Below are positions 54,679 through 64,000 of a stretch of 64,000 nucleotides of DNA, in pieces. The stretch is from IMG/VR virus record IMGVR_UViG_3300025502_000013; one strand, given 5' to 3'. Source of the stretch: an uncultured virus (IMG/VR IMGVR_UViG_3300025502_000013). Its lineage: Duplodnaviria > Heunggongvirae > Uroviricota > Caudoviricetes. Numbering within the stretch: the stretch's first letter is position 1; every line of letters begins with the position of its first letter. The position numbers were made by a program, and so were the translations under genes. Below the pieces are notes generated by a model. It searched no databases, was not told where the DNA came from, and worked only from the letters and a program-made list of their open reading frames with translations.

Positions 54679-56514
54679 ATGACACAAAAGACAACTGGGC
54701 CACTATCCCAGACTGAGGCAGAGCTTATTGAGAGCACTGAAGATGCTCAAAGCTTCATTGAGTGGATTCGCAACAAGAACCCCAACAGCCCTCTCGCTAT
54801 TGATATTGAAACCGGGCAACTTCCCGGTCGGATGAAGAAAGATGCTCTGTCCCCCTGGCGTGGTCAGATCAGGCTTGTTCAGGTAGGAGACTCCCACAAA
54901 GCGTGGGCTATGGCCTGGCCTCACTGGTCTGGTGTGTTCTACGAGGCCATGAATTTATTTCCTGGTCCACTTGTTTTTCACAACATCTCTTTTGAAAATA
55001 AGTGGTTTAGGCTTCAAAGCGACTGGGAGATTCCCTGGCACAGGGCTCATGACACCATGATCCTTGCTTCGGTCCTTTTTCCCAGTGAGCCCAGCGTTGG
55101 TCTTAAAAAGCTTGCCGAAAAGTATATCGACCCTGCGGCTGGTAGTGGTGAAGATATTTTGCAGAGTGAGATGCGTAAGCACGGATTTGACTGGGGGACT
55201 GTTCCGCAAAACTTTCTTCCCTACTGGTCGTATGGGGCTCTTGACACCATCATTACGGCTCGGATGTGGGAGCTTCTTTACCCTCAGTGCGGGGAAGGCG
55301 GACTCTACGCCAAAGCTTACGAGCTAGAAATGAATGTCCGTCGCATTGCCGACGAAATGGAATTAAACGGTGCACGCATTGATCTAGGGTACGTCGAGGT
55401 CCGGAACAGAGAGATGCGAGGCGAGGCAGAGCGGGTCAAGCACCAGGTGCAGGAAGAATACGGGGTGCTGATTTCTAGCCCAAGCCAGGTAGGTAAAAAG
55501 CTTATGTCACTAGGAGCAGAGCTGGCGCTGACGGCCAAGAAGAATGTGTCTGTAGACAAACACCAATTAGATGTGGTTTTGCGCTCCGGAATACCTGAGG
55601 CAGAGAATCTTGCAAGGCTTGTGATTAAACACAGAGACTTAGAAAAAATGTGCGCTGCGTACCTTGAAAATTTTATGGAGCAAAACATTGATGAAGTTTT
55701 GCACCCCTCTATTCGGACCATAGGTGCTCGCACTTCTCGCATGTCTATCCGTGACCCGGCTCTGCAGACACTACCAAGTAATGATGCAGACATACGTAGA
55801 GCATTTATTCCCCGGAAGCCTGGTTGGAAAATTATTACTTCTGACCTGGACCAAGTCGAGTTTAGGATGTTTGCCTCGTACTCCAAAGATCCAGGGCTTA
55901 TTGAGATGTTTCGCCTTGCGGATGAGACGGGCTCGGATGCATTTACCCAGATTGGTAGGCAGGTGTATCAAGATGAGAATATGCAAAAATCAGATTCTCG
56001 CAGGGGTTTGATTAAGGGAGTCATCTACGGACGCCTCTACGGAGCGGGTGTGGCTAAACAAGCAGCAACTGCAGGAGTCCCCATAGAGCAGATGCAGGCT
56101 GTTTCCGACTCTCTAGACATGAATTACCCCGAGATGGCGGCCTTTCAAAGAACAGTGACTAACATGGGAGAAAAACTAATCAGGGAAGAGGGCGAAGGCT
56201 ACATTAAGACTTGGACGGGGAGGCGCATAACGTGCGACAACGATCGGCCATATACCTTAATCAATTATCTCATTCAGGGCGGGGCTGCAGAGGTTTTTAA
56301 AAACAACCTTGTTAAACTAGACCAGGCTAACCTGACGGATTATCTCATTGTCCCGGTGCATGACGAAATTGTCATGAATGTTCCTCCCGAGGATGTGGAG
56401 GATATCAAACACGAAGTTCAAGGATGTATGACATCGTCGGAATGGGGTGTTCCCCTAACAGCCGGGGTAGACGGTCCATATGATAATTGGGGGCAAAAGT
56501 ATGCTGGAAAATAG
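54679..56514 (+). CDS. polA: Family A DNA polymerase (3'-5' exonuclease + polymerase)
   Basis: AIDIETG, YGALD, RTSRMS...PALQTLP, DLDQVEFR, K...YGRLYG, VHDEI. Confidence 0.95.
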   Translation: MTQKTTGPLSQTEAELIESTEDAQSFIEWIRNKNPNSPLAIDIETGQLPGRMKKDALSPWRGQIRLVQVGDSHKAWAMAWPHWSGVFYEAMNLFPGPLVFHNISFENKWFRLQSDWEIPWHRAHDTMILASVLFPSEPSVGLKKLAEKYIDPAAGSGEDILQSEMRKHGFDWGTVPQNFLPYWSYGALDTIITARMWELLYPQCGEGGLYAKAYELEMNVRRIADEMELNGARIDLGYVEVRNREMRGEAERVKHQVQEEYGVLISSPSQVGKKLMSLGAELALTAKKNVSVDKHQLDVVLRSGIPEAENLARLVIKHRDLEKMCAAYLENFMEQNIDEVLHPSIRTIGARTSRMSIRDPALQTLPSNDADIRRAFIPRKPGWKIITSDLDQVEFRMFASYSKDPGLIEMFRLADETGSDAFTQIGRQVYQDENMQKSDSRRGLIKGVIYGRLYGAGVAKQAATAGVPIEQMQAVSDSLDMNYPEMAAFQRTVTNMGEKLIREEGEGYIKTWTGRRITCDNDRPYTLINYLIQGGAAEVFKNNLVKLDQANLTDYLIVPVHDEIVMNVPPEDVEDIKHEVQGCMTSSEWGVPLTAGVDGPYDNWGQKYAGK

Positions 56515-56977
56515 TGTAGGAATCCTTGCGGTGGATCCAGGTAAGATGACGGGAATTGCTTTTCTAGTCTGGTCTGGTGTGCCACGGGAGTCTCCTGAAG
56601 CGGTATTGACCACTGAAGCAGACGAGGTCGAATTTCCAGGGGTTATCAAAAGTGTTTTAGCGCAAAAAAACAACTTTACCGAATTTAAAGTGGTGTGCGA
56701 GCAATTTACTATAAATTTACAGACTGCAAAAAAATCGCAGGCTCCTTTTAGCCTAGAGCAAATTGGTGTTCTGAAGTATTTATGTCGCGAGGCAGGGATT
56801 GACACAATTGCGATGCAGTCGCCCGCAGATGCAAAAAATATGTTTCCTAACCCAAAGCTAAAAAAACTTGAAATCTGGCACAAGGGGGGAGAAGGACATG
56901 CACTAGATGCTTTACGTCATGGACTTTTGCTGCTTGTTAAGTCAAGATGGATACCTGCAGCCTTATTTGAAGAATAG
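56501..56977 (+). CDS. RuvC-like Holliday junction resolvase
   Basis: ILAVDPGKMTG, VVCEQF, HALDALRH. Confidence 0.8.
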   Translation: MLENSVGILAVDPGKMTGIAFLVWSGVPRESPEAVLTTEADEVEFPGVIKSVLAQKNNFTEFKVVCEQFTINLQTAKKSQAPFSLEQIGVLKYLCREAGIDTIAMQSPADAKNMFPNPKLKKLEIWHKGGEGHALDALRHGLLLLVKSRWIPAALFEE

Positions 56978-57018
56978 AAAAAAATTTGCTATGCTTGGCT
57001 TAGCATGAAAGGACACTA

Positions 57019-58812
57019 ATGACAGTCTTGGCGGAAAAAACTCCAGACGATAAACATATTATTATTTACTCTGAGTGGCGCTACAAAGAGCTGTGTAAAA
57101 GCCTACCTGGATCTTCGTGGTCTGCCAGTGATTCCGTTTGGAGGGTGCCTCTAAGCTGGACAAGCTGCCTGGCTTTGCGGTCTACCTTCCGGGATACTCT
57201 GGAAATCGGCCCCGAGCTAACAGACTGGGCCTCTAAAGAGCGCCAGACCAGGATTGACCCCGCCATGGCCCTGAGGGACCTGGAAGAAGCAGAGGGGGAT
57301 GAAGATTTATTCCCTCACCAGCGTGCTGGTGTTGCGTACCTTGCAACAGTCAAGCGTGCCCTGCTTGCTGACGAGCCAGGGCTTGGAAAAACTGCTCAAG
57401 CGATCCGAGCTTTAAAGAAGATTCAAGAAAAGGGAGAAGAGGTTTTTCCTGCGCTGATTGTCTGCCCCAACACACTCAAGGGCACGTGGGAGCGTGAGTT
57501 TAAGCTGTGGTGGCCTGAGGTAAATGTAAAAGTTGTCCGTGGCACTGCCACGCAGCGGAGGAAGCAGCTAGAAGAGGAAGCCGACGTGTACGTCATCAAC
57601 TGGGAGTCGCTACGCGGACACTCTAGGCTCGCTCCATACGGCTCCGTGGCGCTTGCTCGGTGTACTTCATGTGGCGGGCAAAACTCAAAAGTCTCCGAAA
57701 ATCGTTGTGAGGTCCATCTACGCGAACTAAACAAAATGGACTTTAAAGCTGTGGTTGCCGACGAAATCCACAGGTCTAAAGAACCTAAGAGTAAGCAAAC
57801 ACGAGCACTGTGGTCTGCCACGGGCGATGCCGAGATTAGGTTTGCCCTCACCGGAACTCCTATTGCTAATAATGTTTTAGACCTGTGGCCTATTTTGCAC
57901 TGGCTGAGCCCACGTGATTGGCCTAGTAAGACGAAGTGGATTGATCGAATGGTCGACACTATGCTCAATGCTTTTGGTCAGCTTATGATTATCGGAATTA
58001 AGCCGACTATGTACGAAGAATTTTATGCAACGGTAAATCCCTATATGAGGCGGATGCTGAAAGCTCGAGTTTTGCCGTGGCTTCCCGAAGTTATCAAAGA
58101 ACGCCGAGATGTTGAAATGTCGCCTAAGCAGAAAAAAGCATACGACGAGATGAAAAATCTAATGATCGCACAGCTTGAGGACGGGGAGATTCTGACAGCA
58201 CCCAGCGTGCTCACCCAAACTCTTCGTTTAGTCCAGTTCGCTAACTCGTACGCGTCACTCGAAATGCACCCAACTACGGGAGAGCCCAGGGCTATCCTGG
58301 CTGAGCCCTCCTGCAAGGTTGATTCCCTGATGAGTGACATTAAGAACGGTGACTTTGAGGGCGAGTCTGTTGCCGTGTGTGCGGTGTCTCGCCAGCTTAT
58401 TTACCTTCTGAGCGCCGAGCTAGACAAGGCAAAAATTCCGCATGGGCTGATCACCGGGGCTCAAGACGATATGGAGCGACAAGAAGCTATTGATAACTTC
58501 CAGGCCGGGAGGATTAAGTGGATTCTTTTCACAGCTCAAGCGGGGGGTGTGGGTGTTACGCTTACTGCGGCCCGCAGGCTCATTATGCTGCAGCGTCCGT
58601 GGTCTTTAGTAGACTACAAACAAGCTCTTGACAGAGTACACAGGATTGGCTCAGAAATACATGATTCAATCATAGTCACGGATTACATCACAGAGAAAAG
58701 TATAGAATCCCGTATTATCAAAGTTCTTGCTAAAAAAGCAGATAATTTTGAAGAAGTAGTTCGAGACAAAGAAAAACTTATTAGCCTACTAGAGGACGAG
58801 AAAGCATCATGA
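57019..58812 (+). CDS. SNF2-family helicase
   Basis: LADEPGLGKT, DEIH, LTGTP, QALDRVHRIG. Confidence 0.92.
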   Translation: MTVLAEKTPDDKHIIIYSEWRYKELCKSLPGSSWSASDSVWRVPLSWTSCLALRSTFRDTLEIGPELTDWASKERQTRIDPAMALRDLEEAEGDEDLFPHQRAGVAYLATVKRALLADEPGLGKTAQAIRALKKIQEKGEEVFPALIVCPNTLKGTWEREFKLWWPEVNVKVVRGTATQRRKQLEEEADVYVINWESLRGHSRLAPYGSVALARCTSCGGQNSKVSENRCEVHLRELNKMDFKAVVADEIHRSKEPKSKQTRALWSATGDAEIRFALTGTPIANNVLDLWPILHWLSPRDWPSKTKWIDRMVDTMLNAFGQLMIIGIKPTMYEEFYATVNPYMRRMLKARVLPWLPEVIKERRDVEMSPKQKKAYDEMKNLMIAQLEDGEILTAPSVLTQTLRLVQFANSYASLEMHPTTGEPRAILAEPSCKVDSLMSDIKNGDFEGESVAVCAVSRQLIYLLSAELDKAKIPHGLITGAQDDMERQEAIDNFQAGRIKWILFTAQAGGVGVTLTAARRLIMLQRPWSLVDYKQALDRVHRIGSEIHDSIIVTDYITEKSIESRIIKVLAKKADNFEEVVRDKEKLISLLEDEKAS

Positions 58813-59738
58813 CCCAGCCAGTAAGACTTTCAAACTCTGAGATTCAAACTTTTAAGGATTGTCGCCGACGTTGGTGGTTTACCTACTACCGCAGGCTCCA
58901 GCCTAAAGAGAAGCAGCGCACTGGCGCACTGGCTCTTGGATCACGCATTCATGAGGCCCTGGATCAGCATTACTCTACGGGTAAGTCTCTTCTTGAGGCC
59001 CACAGCGCATTGGTCGAGGAAGAGAAGAAATCTTTGCTATCGGAGTTTAAGGATGTTGCTTCTCTTGAAAATGAGGCCGAGCTGGGCCACATTATGCTTG
59101 AGGGCTACCTGCAGTGGGTAGAGGAAAACGGCATTGACGTCGAACTAGATATTATCTCCACTGAAGAAATTATCACTGTGCCCTTGTTTAACGGTGAGGT
59201 CGAGCTCACAGGTAAACTAGATATGCGGGTCCGTCGCAAGATTGACGGTGTCCGGATGTTCAGAGATTTTAAGACCGTAGGGGGCTCTCTCAGCGACTTT
59301 GCAAACCTTGCTCCGATGAATGAGCAGGTTCTCACCTACATGACCTTGGAAATCCTTAAAGAGGGGGAAGAGAACCGCTCTGAGGGTGGCCTCTTTACGC
59401 TACTTAAAAAGGTTAAAAGGACCGCTGCAGCTAAGCCTCCGTTCTACGATCAGATCGAGGTCCGGCACAACGTCTTTACTTTAAGGTCGTTCTGGGATAG
59501 ACTTCACGGAACAATTGCTGATTTGATGAGAGTCCGCAAAGCCCTCGATGAAGGAGAAAGTCATGCATACAACGCATACCCAAGTCCTACTCGAGATTGT
59601 AAGTGGAAATGCCAGTTCTACAATGTGTGTACTTTAGTAGACGACGGAAGCGCCTCAGAAAGCGCAATAGAACAAATGTATGATGTAGCCGACCCCTATG
59701 CCTACTATGGCGAGGGTGATAAGAAAGGAAGCGATTAA
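58809..59738 (+). CDS. Cas4/RecB-like PD-(D/E)XK exonuclease
   Basis: LSNSEIQTFKDCRRRW, GKLD, DFKT, C..C..C at the C-terminus. Confidence 0.85.
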   Translation: MTQPVRLSNSEIQTFKDCRRRWWFTYYRRLQPKEKQRTGALALGSRIHEALDQHYSTGKSLLEAHSALVEEEKKSLLSEFKDVASLENEAELGHIMLEGYLQWVEENGIDVELDIISTEEIITVPLFNGEVELTGKLDMRVRRKIDGVRMFRDFKTVGGSLSDFANLAPMNEQVLTYMTLEILKEGEENRSEGGLFTLLKKVKRTAAAKPPFYDQIEVRHNVFTLRSFWDRLHGTIADLMRVRKALDEGESHAYNAYPSPTRDCKWKCQFYNVCTLVDDGSASESAIEQMYDVADPYAYYGEGDKKGSD

Positions 59739-60499
59739 TGTCCCAAGTACAACGTTCACTGACCGTAATGGTCTACGGAGATTCAAAAGTTGGCAAGTCT
59801 ACTTTTGCAGTCACTGCCCCGTACCCACGTCTGATGCTAGACGTAGAAGGCGGCCACCGCTTTCTTCCTATTGTTGCTAAATACTGGGACCCTATGCGTG
59901 AAGAGCCTCCAATGGCTGACGGCACGTGGGACACAGTAGTGGTGACAGTCCGAGACTACGACACGGTGCTGAAGGCCTACCAGTGGCTTCAAGCGGGTAA
60001 GCACCACTTTAAGAGCTTGATTATTGACTCTATCTCGGAGCTTCAGGTGAAGGCAATGGACAGCATTGCCGGAACCGAGCAGATGAAGATGCAGCAGTGG
60101 GGCGAGCTTTTGCGCCACATGGGCTCTCTCTTGCGGGATCTTCGTGACCTGACGATGCACCCTACAAACCCACTAGAGGCAGTTGTCTTGACAGCTATGT
60201 CTAGGGTTGGGCAGGACGGGTCACACCGTCCTTACTTGCAGGGCCAGCTTGCTATTCAAGCTCCATATTTTTACGATATTCTGGGAGCCCTCACCATTGA
60301 GGAGTTCCAGAACCCGGACCCCATGCAGCCTCCATACAAACTGCGTCGCATGTACGTTGAGCGAACAAAGGAGTATGAGGCCGGGGAACGAGTGCAGGGC
60401 CGACTAGGCGCAATCGTGGAACAGGATAAGCTCTCTATTGAGGTTATGCTGGACACCATTTTTGGGCCAAGGCAAGCTACTGCACAGACAACTGAATAA
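59738..60499 (+). CDS. Sak4-like AAA ATPase (recombinase)
   Basis: YGDSKVGKST, LDVEGG, IIDSISE; between the exonuclease and SSB genes. Confidence 0.8.
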   Translation: MSQVQRSLTVMVYGDSKVGKSTFAVTAPYPRLMLDVEGGHRFLPIVAKYWDPMREEPPMADGTWDTVVVTVRDYDTVLKAYQWLQAGKHHFKSLIIDSISELQVKAMDSIAGTEQMKMQQWGELLRHMGSLLRDLRDLTMHPTNPLEAVVLTAMSRVGQDGSHRPYLQGQLAIQAPYFYDILGALTIEEFQNPDPMQPPYKLRRMYVERTKEYEAGERVQGRLGAIVEQDKLSIEVMLDTIFGPRQATAQTTE

Positions 60500-60536
60500 T
60501 CCATCAACAATACAGATCGAAGCTAAGGAAAAAATA

Positions 60537-61064
60537 ATGGGTACTAATGTTAATTTCGGGCACATTCTGGAAAATGTTTCAGATGCACCTGATTACTCTC
60601 CGTTGCCAGATGGTGACTACGACCTGGCGGTGTTGAGCTGCGACGTCGCTACCACGCAAACTGGTAAGTACATGCTCAAGCTGAAGACGCAGGTGGCCTC
60701 TGGGTCGCACGAGCGTCGGCTTCTGTGGGACAACCTTGTGTTCTCCACAGACAACCCTAAGGCTATGGGCATCATTCAGGGAAAGTTGAACGCTCTTGGG
60801 CTCACCCCTGACTACCTGAAGCAGAACAACCCCGACCTGGAGACGATTGCCAACACTCTTGTCAATCGCACCTTCCGGGCCAAGGTTGGTCAGAGCGAGT
60901 ACCAGGGGAAGATGCGTAACGAGATGAAGGCCTACTACCCGGCCACTTCAGCGGCTACGGCACCGGCTCCTGCCCCAGCAGCACCCCCCGCCCCACCCGT
61001 AGCAGCCGGAGCGGCAGTACCACCGCCACCTCCAATTGCCACGCCAGGGCAGCCTCCGTTCTAA
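60537..61064 (+). CDS. DUF669-type ssDNA-binding protein
   Basis: PLPDGDY, GKYMLKL, R.LWDNL, EYQG..RNE; Pro-rich tail ending PPF. Confidence 0.8.
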   Translation: MGTNVNFGHILENVSDAPDYSPLPDGDYDLAVLSCDVATTQTGKYMLKLKTQVASGSHERRLLWDNLVFSTDNPKAMGIIQGKLNALGLTPDYLKQNNPDLETIANTLVNRTFRAKVGQSEYQGKMRNEMKAYYPATSAATAPAPAPAAPPAPPVAAGAAVPPPPPIATPGQPPF

Positions 61065-61075
61065 ACACTGTGGCA

Positions 61076-61108
61076 GAGGGGCATCATCCTACCGGGATGG
61101 TGCCCCTC
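61076..61108 (+). terminator. Hairpin after the DUF669 gene
   Basis: GAGGGGCATCATCC...GGATGGTGCCCCTC. Confidence 0.7.
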
Positions 61109-61131
61109 ACTATAAGGAAAGTAAAAACATA

Positions 61132-61560
61132 ATGAGTAGCAATCTTGACATGGAGTGGGTAAAGTCCCAGCTCCAGGAAGCTAAAGTTCGAAAAATAATT
61201 GGTGACTCTGTTATTAATTTAATTGAACACCTTGAAACTTTTGACAAACTCAGTGACGAGCATAGGGTGACTGTTGTCGACCTTTTCTCTAAACTAGCCG
61301 TTGGACACGCACATATCAAAGTTAATGAGGACGAGATGTGGATCCAAGTTACCCCCGGTCAAATTAAAGTAGCTGACCAAATTAGGGTCAGGTCTGACGC
61401 CTTCACAGGGCCCCTAGGAGCCGCCCACAACGGCAGGCGGGGTGTAGTTGTGGCTGTTCGCTACGGGGATGTAATTATTAAATCTAGTGACGGAAGGGAG
61501 CCGGTACTAGACGGAGCGCACTACGCACCACAAAAGCTAGAAAAATTAATTATTACGTAA
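61132..61560 (+). CDS. Hypothetical protein (C-terminal SH3/KOW-like region)
   Basis: AAGGA RBS; HNGRRGVVVAVRYGDVII. Confidence 0.7.
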   Translation: MSSNLDMEWVKSQLQEAKVRKIIGDSVINLIEHLETFDKLSDEHRVTVVDLFSKLAVGHAHIKVNEDEMWIQVTPGQIKVADQIRVRSDAFTGPLGAAHNGRRGVVVAVRYGDVIIKSSDGREPVLDGAHYAPQKLEKLIIT

Positions 61561-61588
61561 TTACATAACAACAGAATAGGGAGCTACA

Positions 61589-61870
61589 GTGCGTAAACCG
61601 TGGGATTTTGAAGAACCCCTTTGTGCTGAGGTAGGCGTAGAGCTATTTTTTGCTAGGGACTCTGATGACAAAGAACAGTTGCTCCGTACCACCTCGTATC
61701 AAGAAGCAAAAAGTCTTTGCAACAAATGTGTGCACCAAATGGAGTGTGCCGAGTGGGGTATTAAAAATGAAGAGCACGGAGTGTGGGGCGGTCTCAGCCC
61801 CACCGAAAGAACCGCAATAAGAAGAGTTAATCGCATCCCTATCACACCCAGGCAAAACATAATACGCTAA
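61589..61870 (+). CDS. whiB: WhiB-family transcription factor
   Basis: Four Cys, LFF, AK.LC..C, GVWGGLS..ER. Confidence 0.92.
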   Translation: MRKPWDFEEPLCAEVGVELFFARDSDDKEQLLRTTSYQEAKSLCNKCVHQMECAEWGIKNEEHGVWGGLSPTERTAIRRVNRIPITPRQNIIR

Positions 61871-61879
61871 AATTATATT

Positions 61880-62170
61880 ATGAATGCAGAACCTGTTAAG
61901 TCTCCAGTTCCCGTATGCGAAACATGTTGGATTGCAAAAAACTCCACATGGGAGCCCCACAGCATGGATGACAATGGGAGTATCATGATGCGCCTTAAGG
62001 ACGTTGAGATCCCGATGAAGTACAACACAGGGACGGTAGAGATATGTGACTACTGCGGAAAAGTAACTATTGCTGGGATTTATCATTTAATTAGTAGAGA
62101 CTCTCATTTTGGATTTGGCCTTGCTGAGCTGGAGTCGGCTTTTTCTGAGACAGATGATGAGGATGAATGA
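61880..62170 (+). CDS. Hypothetical protein with two CxxC motifs
   Basis: CETC and CDYC. Confidence 0.7.
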   Translation: MNAEPVKSPVPVCETCWIAKNSTWEPHSMDDNGSIMMRLKDVEIPMKYNTGTVEICDYCGKVTIAGIYHLISRDSHFGFGLAELESAFSETDDEDE

Positions 62171-62484
62171 TCGACAAAAGACTGGGCGACTACCTCTGGG
62201 TTGAGTGGCCCGAGGAAGAACATCTTTACTACACCCCGGAGCATGTTGATATTGACCAGGAGATTGTGAGAAGAGCTCTTGCATCGGCTCTGCAGAGAGA
62301 CGGCCTTGTGGATAGTCTTTTTGCGGGCTTTGAAGCTATTGCAGAGGCAACAGTAGAGCAGGGCTGGATGGGAAGTCTGACCGATGATATTGAAATGCTG
62401 ATATGTGACGAAGAAGGGGAAACATTTTACGGAGAAATAGTAGAAAAAGCACTTCCCTGCACCTGGGTAAAAGTCTATATTTAA
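62167..62484 (+). CDS. Acidic hypothetical protein
   Basis: ATGA overlap. Confidence 0.7.
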   Translation: MIDKRLGDYLWVEWPEEEHLYYTPEHVDIDQEIVRRALASALQRDGLVDSLFAGFEAIAEATVEQGWMGSLTDDIEMLICDEEGETFYGEIVEKALPCTWVKVYI

Positions 62485-62543
62485 GAAACGCCCATATCCT
62501 TTTTGCAAGGCTTTTTTGGGTGTTTGTAGTGTAAAATAGTATT

Positions 62544-63059
62544 GTGTGGAACCCAGCGGATAACTTAAAATGGCAAAAAGATGCCGAATGTGCTAAACCA
62601 GCCAACAAAAAATATGTTGACTGGTTTTTTTCTAAAAAGCCTGAAGAAAAATATGCTGCCAAAAATCTTTGCTACAGTTGTCCCGTGAGATCTGAGTGCC
62701 TTCAGTGGTCACTTGAAAATAAACAAATTTGGGGTGTGTGGGGCGGTAAGGATGAGGTGGAGATCCGCAGAACGCTTTCTGTCTCCTATAAAGGAGAGGA
62801 AGCGCGTAGACGTAGGTACCCAAACTGTCCCTACTGCAACGCAAGGCCTTTTCAGTTAGAGACTCGAATAGAAAACGTTCCCGGCGGGGGTAGGTGGAAA
62901 ACTGCCAAGGTTGTTGTATGCTCCGAGTGCAATTTTAGCTGGAGAAGTAGAACAAGCGTTAACGCCATTGAGGCCTACAAGCAGATGCGCTCAGACCGAA
63001 TTGCCCGTCGTGAAAGAGATAAGACTAAAAGACGTCGTACTCGAAAAAAGGCTACTTAG
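62544..63059 (+). CDS. whiB: WhiB-family factor fused to a zinc ribbon and basic tail
   Basis: W...AEC, AKNLCYSCPVRSECL, GVWGG; then CPYC...CSEC. Confidence 0.88.
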   Translation: MWNPADNLKWQKDAECAKPANKKYVDWFFSKKPEEKYAAKNLCYSCPVRSECLQWSLENKQIWGVWGGKDEVEIRRTLSVSYKGEEARRRRYPNCPYCNARPFQLETRIENVPGGGRWKTAKVVVCSECNFSWRSRTSVNAIEAYKQMRSDRIARRERDKTKRRRTRKKAT

Positions 63060-63378
63060 ACCCCGCTCCGTCAGGGTCGTCTTCGAATTCTAACGCCTCG
63101 GAGGGGCTGCTATCGCCCCGGTAGTGGAAACGATCGTCCATTGTGGCAAACGCTGTGTACGCAGTCAAAATAATGCTAATAAGGCTCACGCCCCCGATGA
63201 TCATCTGAGAAGCGACCTGAGTATCGGTAGAATACACAAAAGCCCCGAAAATAACCATCCCCGCGCCTAGACCATAAGACATATAAATTAGTCTACGACG
63301 GTGCTTCCAGGATGGTAGTTTCATCCCATTACTAGGAGCTGGATCGGACTCTCGAGGCTGCAGAAGTTTAAAGCGCAT
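63052..63378 (-). CDS. Small two-TM membrane protein (holin-like; start uncertain)
   Basis: W..RRR followed by two hydrophobic segments. Confidence 0.6.
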   Translation of the reverse strand: MRFKLLQPRESDPAPSNGMKLPSWKHRRRLIYMSYGLGAGMVIFGAFVYSTDTQVASQMIIGGVSLISIILTAYTAFATMDDRFHYRGDSSPSEALEFEDDPDGAGSK

Positions 63379-63382
63379 ACCT

Positions 63383-64000
63383 CTATTTTACCTCATTTAC
63401 CAACTTTGCTTTGCAAAGAGCCGCGTTATTTTTTAGCCGCTCATCGTCTGGACTAAGCTCGTAGGCCTTATCGGCATACTCAGATGCTCTTACATACTGC
63501 CCTAAATTATACGCAGCCACCGCAGCGTAGTCCCAAGGAGAAAATCCCCACGACTCTGCCTCACAAAGGTACTCTAAGGGCTTCTCTACAATGGCCAGGG
63601 CCTCTTGTGCGTGCTTTAAGCAGTTGATCCAGTCTTGGCGGTCATAGTAAAGTTTTACGAGGTCTACGAAGGGCTCACGGCGTCCTGGGGCCTGTGCAAT
63701 GGCCTTCTGGAACCAGTGCTCCGCCTCCGCCGGGAGGGATTTACCGATAAAGCGCATGGACGCCGCCCTCTCGGGTGCCCAGTGGGCCGTAGGCAGCTCC
63801 AAATGGCGCTTTAGCTCTTCTGCAGCCTCCATGTACCTGCCATAAAAGTAGAGCTCCCGCCCGTAGTAGAAAGCGTTACGGTCGTTGTGCGGGTCCTCCT
63901 GAACAGAAAGAGCCAGGAGTGGGAGGTACTGCGAGCGACTTTTTGTTGAGTCAGGGCGGTGGTGTGTCTCAATCCCCTCTAGCCATTCTTGCTTCTCCTC
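63383..64000 (-). CDS. C-terminal part of a glycosyltransferase (GT2-type)/TPR protein; continues beyond the window
   Basis: Frame is open to the window end: HHRPDSTKSRSQYLPLL...EDPHNDRNAFYYGREL then TPR-like helices. Confidence 0.7.
   Translation of the reverse strand, partial: EEKQEWLEGIETHHRPDSTKSRSQYLPLLALSVQEDPHNDRNAFYYGRELYFYGRYMEAAEELKRHLELPTAHWAPERAASMRFIGKSLPAEAEHWFQKAIAQAPGRREPFVDLVKLYYDRQDWINCLKHAQEALAIVEKPLEYLCEAESWGFSPWDYAAVAAYNLGQYVRASEYADKAYELSPDDERLKNNAALCKAKLVNEVK

Noticed and set aside
57655..57720. Cys-rich insertion in the SNF2 helicase as a mobile element
   Set aside because: Short in-frame CxxC...CxxH insert, better explained as a zinc-binding loop
58809..59738. Cas4 as part of a CRISPR-Cas system
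   Set aside because: No other cas genes or array; it sits in the usual exonuclease-Sak4-SSB recombination module
390..62844. Numerous minus-strand and alternate-frame ORFs in the track
   Set aside because: They overlap well-supported plus-strand genes and lack RBS or motifs; treated as shadow ORFs
1..64000. tRNA or rRNA genes
   Set aside because: No cloverleaf with T-loop GTTCRA and acceptor stem, or rRNA-like segment, recognised by eye; tRNAscan-SE would be decisive

Overview
A 64 kb segment of a large tailed (siphovirus-like) phage. The host is very probably an actinobacterium: there are two WhiB genes, and the portal, protease and capsid motifs resemble those of cluster-B-like actinophages. 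Order of modules: (1) 1-7440, an array of about 24 tiny genes built as 19 repeated expression cassettes (UNCG-type hairpin terminator, CGTAAA-N19-TANNNT promoter, 5' hairpin, RBS, ORF), in which GATC occurs only inside promoter spacers; (2) a MoxR AAA + VWA pair and small genes; (3) a 433-bp exact direct repeat carrying a duplicated minus-strand gene under two different promoters, then a skewed non-coding region; (4) head module with portal, a 4527-aa polyvalent protein (DEDDh exonuclease, UvrD-like helicase, two ArdC/zincin units, separated by a repeated (L/F)NMA(V/I)P motif), protease fusion and major capsid; (5) tail module; (6) replication and recombination genes (PolA, RuvC-like, SNF2 helicase, Cas4-like nuclease, Sak4-like ATPase, DUF669), two WhiBs and a partial glycosyltransferase-TPR gene. 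No terminase, integrase, endolysin, tRNA or CRISPR array was recognised. All family calls come from motif recognition by eye, not from database searches.
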